A DNA stretch of 24,000 bases. It comes from Methanomassiliicoccales archaeon (GTDB taxonomy: Archaea; Thermoplasmatota; Thermoplasmata; RBG-16-68-12; SOIM01). Shown one piece after another: positions 9,486 through 16,982 of this stretch (positions are counted from its first letter, which is position 1; each line of letters starts with the position of its first letter). The position numbers were made by a program, and so were the translations under genes. The notes below the pieces were generated by a model. That model saw only the letters and a program-made list of their open reading frames with translations, did not search any database and was not told the origin of the DNA. The DNA lies in contig SOIM01000011.1 of NCBI GenBank assembly GCA_004377185.1, forward strand, positions 14,925 to 38,924, in the 5' to 3' direction.

Positions 9486-9556
9486 AGCCCCGTGGTGTAG
9501 AGGTAGCATCAGAGACTCTGGATCTCTTGGCGCCGGTTCGAATCCGGCCGGGGCTA
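9486..9556 (+). tRNA. tRNA-Gln (anticodon CUG), archaeal type, no encoded CCA
   Basis: I folded the cloverleaf by hand. The acceptor stem is AGCCCCG/CGGGGCT (A1-U72) and the D arm is GTGT-AGAGGTA-GCAT. The anticodon arm is AGAGA-CTCTGGA-TCTCT, which places CTG at positions 34-36. The T arm is GCCGG-TTCGAAT-CCGGC and the discriminator is A73. Confidence 0.95.
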
Positions 9557-9576
9557 TCCGCCCTTACATCACCCAA

Positions 9577-9595
9577 ATGCTTAATATTTAAGCAT
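9577..9595 (+). promoter_or_regulatory. Perfect 19-nt palindrome containing a TATA-like core, upstream of glnS
   Basis: ATGCTTAA-TAT-TTAAGCAT has 8-nt arms that are exact reverse complements. It lies 21 nt after the tRNA-Gln(CUG) 3' end and 34 nt before the glnS GTG. Confidence 0.4.
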
Positions 9596-9628
9596 ACACT
9601 AAACCTGGGTCATCAAAGGTGACACGCT

Positions 9629-11317
9629 GTGGTTTCAACAGCAACTCCATCAAAGGATTTCATACGTCAAATCATAGACGAAGACAACAGGACAGGCAAG
9701 TATGGAGGGGGAGTGCACACTAGATTCCCGCCAGAGCCAAACGGCTTCCTACACATTGGGCATGCCAAAGCCATATGCGTCAACTTCGGTATTGCCGAAG
9801 AATACGGAGGTAAGTACAACCTTCGCTTCGACGACACAAATCCACTGAAGGAGGAGGACATCTACATCAAGTCCATAATGGATGACATCAAGTGGCTGGG
9901 GTTCGACTGGGAGGACCGGCTCTACTACGGTTCGGATTACTTCGATCAGATGTACGACTACGCGGTCGACCTCGTGAAGAAGGGTAAGGCATACGTGGAC
10001 GATCTGTCCGCCGAAGAAATCAAGGAACTTCGAGGCAACGTGACGACACCTGGAAAGGACAGCCCTTACAGGGAGCGAAGCGTCGAAGAGAACCTGGACC
10101 TGTTCAACAGAATGAAGGCCGGAGAGTTCGCGGATGGAGAAAAGGTCCTTCGCGCCAAGATAGACATGGCCCATCCCAACATGAACATGAGGGACCCGAT
10201 TATGTACAGGATACTTCACGCAACACATCACAACACTGGGGACAAATGGTGCATCTACCCGATGTACGACTGGGCGCATGGACTGGAGGATTCCATCGAG
10301 GGAATCACACATTCGCTCTGTTCACTCGAGTTCGAGAACCACAGACCCTTGTACGATTGGTTCCTAATAGAGCTCGGAGTGTACAGACCGATACAGATAG
10401 AGTTCGCCAGGCTTAACCTGACCTACACGGTCATGAGCAAGAGGAAGTTGCTTGAGCTTGTAAAAGGCGGACTTGTAAGCGGTTGGGATGACCCGAGACT
10501 TCCCACGATAAGAGGGATGAAGAAACGGGGATACTCCACTGCATCCATAAGGAACTTCTGCGACCGCATCGGAATAGCGAAGGTGAACAGCACTGTGGAC
10601 ATCGAGTTCCTGGAGCACTGTGTCAGGGATGACCTCAACAAGACATCTCCAAGGTTCATGGGCGTGCTGAATCCCCTGAAAATGGTGATCGAGAACTATC
10701 CTGAGGACAAGGTAGAGGAGTTCGAGGCAATCAACAATCCCGAGGACGAGAGTGCTGGAACACGCAAGGTTCCGTTCTCCCGAGTGTTGTACATAGAGCG
10801 GGACGATTTCATGGAAGACCCTCCCAAGAAGTTCTACCGACTGGCACCGGGCAGGGAGGTCAGGTTCAGATATGCCTACTTCGTCACATGCAAGGAAGCC
10901 GTCAAAGAGAACGGCGAGATTGTTGAGCTCAGGTGTACCATCGATCCTGAGACGCACGGGGGGAATGCACCAGATGGACGCAAGGTGAAATCCACGCTGC
11001 ACTGGGTATCAGAGTCTCATGCCCTGGATGCAGAGGTCCGCCTGTATGATAGACTGTTCACTGTACCTGATCCGCTCGGACAAAAGGATGCTGACTTCAA
11101 GGACCTCATCAACCCGGATTCCCTCAGAATACTCACCTCTTGCAAGGTTGAGCCGGCCGTACGTGACCTGAAGGCCTTCGACAGGTTCCAGTTCGAACGC
11201 CTGGGCTACTTCTGCGTGGACCCTGACACCACTGAGGAGAACATTGTCCTCAACCGGACCGTCGAACTGCGGGACCCGTGGGCCAAGATACAGAAACAAC
11301 AGCAGAGGAAGAAATAG
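9629..11317 (+). CDS. glnS: Glutaminyl-tRNA synthetase (bacterial-type GlnRS)
   Basis: The gene starts with GTG, 6 nt after AGGTGA. The product is collinear with E. coli GlnS as I recall it: [13 protein letters not shown] (FLHIGHAKA), [34 protein letters not shown] (VMSKRK), and the C-terminal anticodon-binding barrels through FQFERLGYF and RDPWAK. Confidence 0.92.
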   Translation: MVSTATPSKDFIRQIIDEDNRTGKYGGGVHTRFPPEPNGFLHIGHAKAICVNFGIAEEYGGKYNLRFDDTNPLKEEDIYIKSIMDDIKWLGFDWEDRLYYGSDYFDQMYDYAVDLVKKGKAYVDDLSAEEIKELRGNVTTPGKDSPYRERSVEENLDLFNRMKAGEFADGEKVLRAKIDMAHPNMNMRDPIMYRILHATHHNTGDKWCIYPMYDWAHGLEDSIEGITHSLCSLEFENHRPLYDWFLIELGVYRPIQIEFARLNLTYTVMSKRKLLELVKGGLVSGWDDPRLPTIRGMKKRGYSTASIRNFCDRIGIAKVNSTVDIEFLEHCVRDDLNKTSPRFMGVLNPLKMVIENYPEDKVEEFEAINNPEDESAGTRKVPFSRVLYIERDDFMEDPPKKFYRLAPGREVRFRYAYFVTCKEAVKENGEIVELRCTIDPETHGGNAPDGRKVKSTLHWVSESHALDAEVRLYDRLFTVPDPLGQKDADFKDLINPDSLRILTSCKVEPAVRDLKAFDRFQFERLGYFCVDPDTTEENIVLNRTVELRDPWAKIQKQQQRKK

Positions 11318-11404
11318 ACCAGAGAGCCATGTCTTTCCATCGATTTCGCTTGTGCAAAGAATAGTTATTTGAAGGTGACTGCTCTTTGGAAGAATGACAA
11401 TCGC

Positions 11405-11475
11405 AGCCCCGTGGTGTAGAGGTAGCATCAGAGACTTTGGATCTCTTGGCACCGGTTCAAATCCGGTCGGGGCTA
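11405..11475 (+). tRNA. tRNA-Gln (anticodon UUG), archaeal type, no encoded CCA
   Basis: It has the same cloverleaf as 9486-9556 and differs at 4 positions. These are C34->T (anticodon TTG), the compensatory change of pair 49-65 from G-C to A-T, and T-loop position 57 G->A. Confidence 0.95.
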
Positions 11476-11540
11476 TTCTTTCTCGGTGAGCAACTCTTAA
11501 TAATTCGATTGCCATTACCGATTCGCCCGGAGGGGAGGTT

Positions 11541-12698
11541 ATGATATCAAGAGAGAAGGTCCTTGAGGCACTAGAGAGATATGATTTGGAGAAGGCGAAG
11601 ATTGGAGTGTTGGCGTCCCACTCGGCACTGGACGTGTGTGACGGAGCGATCGACGAGGGTTTTCAAACATTGGCGATATGCGAGAAGGGAAGAGAAGAAC
11701 CTTACACGAGGTATTTCAAAGCGGCGAGATCACCGGATGGGAAGCTCATAAGAGGCATGGTGGACAAGACGATTGTGTTCGACAAGTTCAAGGAAATACT
11801 GCTTCCCGAGAATCAGGATCGGATAATCAAGGAGAATGCGATTTTCGTCCCCCACAGGTCGCTCGTGGCCTACGCTGGCATTGATGGGGTGGAGAACGAT
11901 TTTGCAGTCCCTCTGGTTGGCAGCAGGAACCTGCTGAGGTCCGAGGAGAGGGGAGAGGATCGAGACTACTATTGGATGTTGGAGAAGATGGACCTCCCGT
12001 TCCCGGAAAGGATTGAGAACCCAGAGGACATAGATTCCCTCGCCTTGGTCAAGCTTCCTCATAAGGTGAAGAGACTGGAGAGGGGGTTCTTCACGGCCGC
12101 GAGCTACAAGGAATATATAGAGAAGGTAGAGTCCCTGCTGAGGCACGATGTCATCACGAAGGAGGACTTGGAGAGAGCAAGGATAGAGAAATACATCATA
12201 GGTCCCGTGTTCAACTTCGATTTCTTCTATTCCCCGCTCACGAAGGAGGGCGAGAAGCTCGAGCTGCTCGGCATAGACTGGAGGTTCGAAACCTCCCTGG
12301 ACGGCCACGTGAGGCTTCCTGCACCGCAACAGATGACCCTGCTGGAGTCCCAGGCCACACCCGAGTACACCGTCTGCGGTCACAACAGCGCCACCTTGAG
12401 GGAGTCCCTCCTGAGGAAGGTCTTCCCGCTCGCGGAGAAATATGTGGAAGGAACTCAAGAGTACTATCCGCCCGGCATGATAGGTCCCTTCACGCTGCAG
12501 ACCTGCGTGGACAAGGACATGAACTTCTGGATCTATGACGTCTCCCCCAGGGTCGGGGGAGGTACCAACGTGCACCTGGCGGTCGGACATCCCTACGGGA
12601 ATGCGATCTGGAGAACGAACATGAGTACGGGCAGAAGGGTCGCTTTCGAGGTCAGGCAAGCTATAGAAATGGGCGAAATGGAGAAGATCATCACTTAG
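11541..12698 (+). CDS. purP: 5-formaminoimidazole-4-carboxamide ribonucleotide (FAICAR) synthetase PurP, ATP-grasp
   Basis: The Shine-Dalgarno sequence GGAGGGGAGGT lies upstream. The product is collinear with M. jannaschii PurP as I recall it: GVLASHSALD, FVPHRSLVAY, IIGPVFNFDFFYSPL, ELLGIDWRFETSLDG, PPGMIGPF and a C-terminal ...KIIT. Confidence 0.85.
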   Translation: MISREKVLEALERYDLEKAKIGVLASHSALDVCDGAIDEGFQTLAICEKGREEPYTRYFKAARSPDGKLIRGMVDKTIVFDKFKEILLPENQDRIIKENAIFVPHRSLVAYAGIDGVENDFAVPLVGSRNLLRSEERGEDRDYYWMLEKMDLPFPERIENPEDIDSLALVKLPHKVKRLERGFFTAASYKEYIEKVESLLRHDVITKEDLERARIEKYIIGPVFNFDFFYSPLTKEGEKLELLGIDWRFETSLDGHVRLPAPQQMTLLESQATPEYTVCGHNSATLRESLLRKVFPLAEKYVEGTQEYYPPGMIGPFTLQTCVDKDMNFWIYDVSPRVGGGTNVHLAVGHPYGNAIWRTNMSTGRRVAFEVRQAIEMGEMEKIIT

Positions 12699-13456
12699 TA
12701 GACCTTTCCACAGCGGGAACAGGTTCCTTTTCCGTCCGCTCCAATGATGAGCGTACTTCCGCAGGACTGGCAGAATCTGGGTGCTTCCTGTTGAGGTGAT
12801 GGCTGGCCAGGTTCATGTTGCGGCCAATCCGATTTTGGCGGAGCATCTTGCTGAGGCCATCCGCTTGCTCCTGGCTGGGGTGATGGCTGCTGTGCGGGTG
12901 GTGGTGCGGTTGTTGAGTGCGGAGGCGGCGCCATACCTGGCGGTGCGTGTGGAGAGGGTGGTGTTGGATAGGCTGTTTGAGGAGGAACATATGCCATCTG
13001 CTTGAACTGCTGCTCCTGGTACGCTGCTTCGTCCGTCCTCTGGACCGTTGTGTTGGCAACCCTATCCAAGTACTTCTGACGCGGATCCCCCTCGGTAAGC
13101 ATGCCCACTACCCAATCGAGTACCACCAGAAACGCGAGCTTTGAAGCGTTCCTGATAAGAGATGATTGCAGGCTCAGAACTCCCTCCGTCGCCACGACTT
13201 CCATGGTCATGATTTTCTTACCCGGGCTTGCACTCATCGTCAACTCGAAGCCCACGAAATAGAGCATCGCGATGCCCCACCAAAGGAGACCCCATGATGC
13301 CCACCACCAAGGACCTGCCATGAACAGAAGGTTCAGGGCCCACACTATGACGGAGATAATCACTCCATCAATGATTATCGCGATGACCCTCCTTATCCAG
13401 TGCTCCTGCAGGGCTTTGTTGTGCCCAATAATGTCAAAACCCGTTACCATTCCCAT
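12695..13456 (-). CDS. RDD-family membrane protein with Pro/Gln-rich linker and C-terminal zinc ribbon
   Basis: The track ORF is 12695..13570. I prefer ATG 13456 (MGMVTGFDII...), which sits downstream of the AT-rich TTTAAATATATT element (about 13500-13511) and a GGAGAG Shine-Dalgarno. RDD hallmarks are present (WIRRVIAIIIDGVII ... YLDRVANTTVQR) along with 3 TM helices. The linker is low-complexity P/Q-rich, and the terminus is CQSCGS...CSRCGKVY. The stop codon overlaps the purP stop on the opposite strand. Confidence 0.7.
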   Translation of the reverse strand: MGMVTGFDIIGHNKALQEHWIRRVIAIIIDGVIISVIVWALNLLFMAGPWWWASWGLLWWGIAMLYFVGFELTMSASPGKKIMTMEVVATEGVLSLQSSLIRNASKLAFLVVLDWVVGMLTEGDPRQKYLDRVANTTVQRTDEAAYQEQQFKQMAYVPPQTAYPTPPSPHAPPGMAPPPHSTTAPPPAQQPSPQPGASGWPQQDAPPKSDWPQHEPGQPSPQQEAPRFCQSCGSTLIIGADGKGTCSRCGKVY

Positions 13457-13542
13457 CTCTCCTATCCGATGCTTGAAAATCCTAATTCTGTTATTTGCTT
13501 TAAATATATTGGTATCAATATCATTGCACAAAACGGGAGCAG

Positions 13543-14181
13543 TTATCTCTTCTTGGCCTTTGAGAGGCACTCGGGAGGCGTCTCTTTAGTGATGTAGACC
13601 GTCTTTCCAGCCTTCATTATCACCACGTCCTTCTTCTGCGCCTTCTCGGTGTCAACCTCCAAGATGATCGGATCGTCCGTCCTGACCCTCCCCGCCTCCA
13701 TCGCATCCTCGTAGGAATGGCTGAGATGTACCATCTTCCTGTCGGATGGCTTGAGGCCTATCTCCAGCAGAATCGGGCACTCCTCTTCGGTAGTGGGATA
13801 GTACAAGATATCGGGGATGTTGTCCTGGGGAAGGTCCAGGTTCACGTCAAAAGAATGCGCGTAAGTTGCCCTGATCTTCCCTTCCCTGAACTCATACCTT
13901 CCTTTCGCGTCGGTCTCGATCACGCCAAGCACATGATGAGGCTTCAAGAATCTGAACTTCTTGTTCCTTATCTGAATCGCGGTGATGAAGTCCCTCAAGT
14001 CCACAAAACCATTGTCGTCCATATCCAATCCGTACCTTTCCGGAAAATGACGTAGGACCCCTGCCATAGTCCTCCCCAAGCTGTCAAGCTCACTGTCGCT
14101 CAACAGGAACTTGGCCTTGCCACCACAGGAGGGACAAAACTCATCTCGGAAAAAACCGTGCGACCTGCATTCCTTGAGCAT
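13543..14181 (-). CDS. kptA: RNA 2'-phosphotransferase Tpt1/KptA with N-terminal zinc-ribbon extension
   Basis: The Tpt1 core is present: LGRTMAGVLRHFPERYGLDMDDNGFVDL, then ...HHVLGVIETDAKGRYEF, ...IRATYAHS, and ...MVHLSHSYEDA. It is preceded by C-x2-H-x7-C-x2-C (CRSHGFFRDEFCPSC). Confidence 0.78.
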   Translation of the reverse strand: MLKECRSHGFFRDEFCPSCGGKAKFLLSDSELDSLGRTMAGVLRHFPERYGLDMDDNGFVDLRDFITAIQIRNKKFRFLKPHHVLGVIETDAKGRYEFREGKIRATYAHSFDVNLDLPQDNIPDILYYPTTEEECPILLEIGLKPSDRKMVHLSHSYEDAMEAGRVRTDDPIILEVDTEKAQKKDVVIMKAGKTVYITKETPPECLSKAKKR

Positions 14182-14254
14182 TCCACGCCCTCGTTGCCTT
14201 AATGGTGAACGCGACTATTAGCTTTTTGCCTATTGGGCTGTTGGATTCTATCCG

Positions 14255-15079
14255 CTATTTTCGGCTTTCGAGGTCCTTCTGGCTCACTGGCGTCAGGCCC
14301 CGATTCTCAAACCAAGTCCGCAATTCCCGGTACCGAGACTTCTTCATCGCTTTTCTGTGGAAATAGACATATTCTGCACCGGGTGTTTTGTCCATCGCTT
14401 TCTCCAGCATTTCTTCTTTGATATCGTCCAGGGCGTAGGACGGGATTATGTGTCCGAAGGACAGCTTGCTTTGGAGCGCCACGTCCGTGATTCTGGGAGC
14501 GTAGTGACCTCCGCCCACACCTACGGCTATCGGGTCTTCCTCGGGCTTGATTGACAGGATCGCTTCGGCTATCGCCTTTCCTGCAACTTCTTCGACCCAA
14601 CAACTTTCGTCACTGCCAATCTCTATGTAGAATGCCGGGGTCTCGAGATAGGGGCCGTGGTGCGTGGCTTCGAAGGAGACCTTGTGATCCAGTTCCTGAC
14701 CGGAGACCTTCAGATTTCTCAGGGCGCTTGTGAGGTGCAGGGGACACGAAGGCACCAACTCTTCGGATTTGCCACCGAGCTCTGCTTTGGAGAAGTTGCC
14801 AGGGGTGTGGACGGTGAGACTTCTTAGGCCGGATTCGCTTCTGTGCCGAGATGCGAAAATGACGATCTCAGGTTTGACTCCCATTGTCTCGTAGAATTCC
14901 AAATCTACGTTGTCATGGTAAAGATGCTCATCGTTGATCGTTGCAATCATGAAGTTCTCCCGTTCGTAGACGGGGTTGCCCAGAAATTCCCCCTTTTCGT
15001 TCCAGTCCGCCAGGCGTAGAAGGTTCTCTGAGATGTTCAGGCTGGCAGTATCGTTCTTTGATATTATGATGAGCCACAT
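14255..15079 (-). CDS. dtdA: D-aminoacyl-tRNA deacylase, archaeal DTD2 type
   Basis: This is a 274-aa ORF with FEATHHGP and GVGGGHYAPR motifs and the length typical of archaeal DtdA. The upstream element TTTTTTATC lies about 30 nt before the ATG and could serve as both the nrdJ terminator and the dtdA TATA box. Confidence 0.8.
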   Translation of the reverse strand: MWLIIISKNDTASLNISENLLRLADWNEKGEFLGNPVYERENFMIATINDEHLYHDNVDLEFYETMGVKPEIVIFASRHRSESGLRSLTVHTPGNFSKAELGGKSEELVPSCPLHLTSALRNLKVSGQELDHKVSFEATHHGPYLETPAFYIEIGSDESCWVEEVAGKAIAEAILSIKPEEDPIAVGVGGGHYAPRITDVALQSKLSFGHIIPSYALDDIKEEMLEKAMDKTPGAEYVYFHRKAMKKSRYRELRTWFENRGLTPVSQKDLESRK

Positions 15080-15130
15080 CGTAGCACTATTCCGTTGTGC
15101 GATAAAAAAGGTTCCAAGAGGGTCCAGCTC

Positions 15131-16855
15131 TCAGTACGTCCTCAAAACCTGACCAACCCTACTTCCTTCCCGGTAAACAGTAATCCCTTTGCAGCCGAGC
15201 TGGTACGCCATCAAGAAGACCCTCCTCACATCCTCCTTCGTAGAATCATTGGGGAAGTTCACGGTCTTGGACACAGCGTTATCCACATATTCCTGAAAAG
15301 CTGCTTGAATCCGAACGTGCCATTCGGGAGAGATATCTCTGGCCGTCACAAACAGACCCCTCACGTCCTCAGGGATTTCCATCATATCCTGAACACTGCC
15401 CCTTCTGGCAACCTCTTCCATCAACTCCTCACTGTAGAAACCCCTTTCCCTCGCTATTCTGAGAAACTCGGAATTGGTTCTGACCAGCTTGTCTCCTCCC
15501 ATGATTTCGTGAACATAGCTGATGGAGAACAAAGGCTCTATTCCACTGGAACAGTCCGCAATGATGCTGAGGGACCCTGTCGGTGCGATCGTAGTAAGAG
15601 CCGCATTACGCAGTTCAGGTTCTCCCCTTTCTTTATATGCACTACCTTTGAAGTTTGGGAACGGTCCTCTCTCACTGGCTATCTCTTGCGATTCCTTCTT
15701 GGCTCCGTCTGAAATGAACTGGATAATCCCCTCCGCAACTTCCAAAGCTTCCTCGGAATCGTAGCGAACGCCCATTGAAATCAATATATCCGCAAAACCC
15801 ATCACACCCAGACCGATCTTTCTGTTTGCTTTCGATATCTGTTCAATCTCCTTCAACGGGAACTCATTGACATCAATGACATTGTCCAGGAATCTCACTG
15901 AGGTTCTCACGACTCGCTCCAGCTTGGGATAATCCACAACCCAACTCCCGTTCTCCATCCTGAGCATATTAGTAAGAACGATGGACCCGAGCGTGCAGGA
16001 CTCGTTTGCAAGCAGAGGCTGCTCCCCGCACGGATTGGTGCTCTCAATGTTCTCAAGTTGAGGAAGCGGAGTCCCCTCGTTTATCCTGTCCAGAAAAATG
16101 ACCCCGGGTTCGCCATTTCGCCACGCGGCATCCACTATTCTGTCAAACACCTCGGACGCACTGATTTTCCTGGTGACTTCACCTGTCCTGGGATTGACAA
16201 GACCGAACTCCTCATCCTTCTCCAGCGCGCTCATGAACCCTTCTATGATTCCTACCGAGAGATTGAAGTTGCGGAAACTTCCCTCCAGTTCCTTGGCTTC
16301 GATGAACTCCAGTATGTCCGGGTGGTCGACCCTGAGAATCCCCATGTTGGCTCCTCTCCTTGTTCCGCCTTGCTTCACCGCCTCAGTGGCCGCATCGAAG
16401 ACGGACATGAAGGATACCGGACCGCTTGCCAGTCCCTTGGTCGTTCTCACCACATCTCCTCTGGGACGCAGATTGGAAAACGAGAAACCAGTTCCACCTC
16501 CGCTCTTGTGTATTATTGCCGTGTTCTTTATCGTCTCGAAGATGCTCTCCATGGAATCGTCAATCGGTAGAACAAAACATGCGGACAGTTGCTGCAACTC
16601 ACGGCCTGCGTTCATGAGGGTTGGTGAATTCGGAAGAAACTCCAGGTTGGCCATCAAATCGTGAAAAGCCTGCGCCGTGGCAGCGACATCAGCCTTCTCA
16701 TCATAAATCAGATCAGCAGAAGCCACATTCTCTGCAACCCTCCAGAACATCTCATCCGGCCTCTCGACAACCTCGCCTTTCTCATTCTTTCCAAGGTACC
16801 TTCTCTTGAGCACTCCGATTGCGTTCTGGCTTAGAGATGGCTCAGCACCCTTCAT
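15131..16855 (-). CDS. nrdJ: Adenosylcobalamin-dependent (class II) ribonucleotide reductase
   Basis: The TNPCGEQPL thiyl-radical loop is present, along with LSACFVL and ESCTLGS redox Cys contexts, KSGGGTGFSFS, and GCKGITVYREGSR near the C-terminus. The track ORF begins with TTG at 16867. I prefer ATG 16855 (MKGAEPSLSQNAIGVLKRRYL). Confidence 0.88.
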   Translation of the reverse strand: MKGAEPSLSQNAIGVLKRRYLGKNEKGEVVERPDEMFWRVAENVASADLIYDEKADVAATAQAFHDLMANLEFLPNSPTLMNAGRELQQLSACFVLPIDDSMESIFETIKNTAIIHKSGGGTGFSFSNLRPRGDVVRTTKGLASGPVSFMSVFDAATEAVKQGGTRRGANMGILRVDHPDILEFIEAKELEGSFRNFNLSVGIIEGFMSALEKDEEFGLVNPRTGEVTRKISASEVFDRIVDAAWRNGEPGVIFLDRINEGTPLPQLENIESTNPCGEQPLLANESCTLGSIVLTNMLRMENGSWVVDYPKLERVVRTSVRFLDNVIDVNEFPLKEIEQISKANRKIGLGVMGFADILISMGVRYDSEEALEVAEGIIQFISDGAKKESQEIASERGPFPNFKGSAYKERGEPELRNAALTTIAPTGSLSIIADCSSGIEPLFSISYVHEIMGGDKLVRTNSEFLRIARERGFYSEELMEEVARRGSVQDMMEIPEDVRGLFVTARDISPEWHVRIQAAFQEYVDNAVSKTVNFPNDSTKEDVRRVFLMAYQLGCKGITVYREGSRVGQVLRTY

Positions 16856-16982
16856 GTTCTTCCACAAACCTGACAGATTTCAATTGTGTGAGTGTATATT
16901 AATCCTTTTGCGTGAATGCCCGTTCCGACCATCCACAGGGTGGGAGAGAAACTATTTATCGCCAATCTGGAATGCTTCATCC

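Noticed and set aside
9749-11515. Minus-strand ORFs of 187, 212 and 168 aa antisense to glnS, one of which runs across tRNA-Gln(UUG)
   Set aside because: They lie antisense to a strongly supported GlnRS gene and a tRNA, and I recognise no motifs in them.
11730-12659. 309-aa minus-strand ORF antisense to purP
   Set aside because: PurP on the plus strand matches the known family along its whole length. The antisense frame is Arg/Gly/Pro-rich, as is typical of shadow ORFs.
15095-16664. Plus-strand ORFs (205, 170 and 188 aa) antisense to nrdJ
   Set aside because: They are shadows of the NrdJ coding frame and carry no family signatures.
16806-16982. 59-codon N-terminal extension of the polX ORF
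   Set aside because: It overlaps the nrdJ 5' end and the promoter. PolX homologs start at the MxNQE(I/L)ARIF motif, which corresponds to the GTG at 16983.
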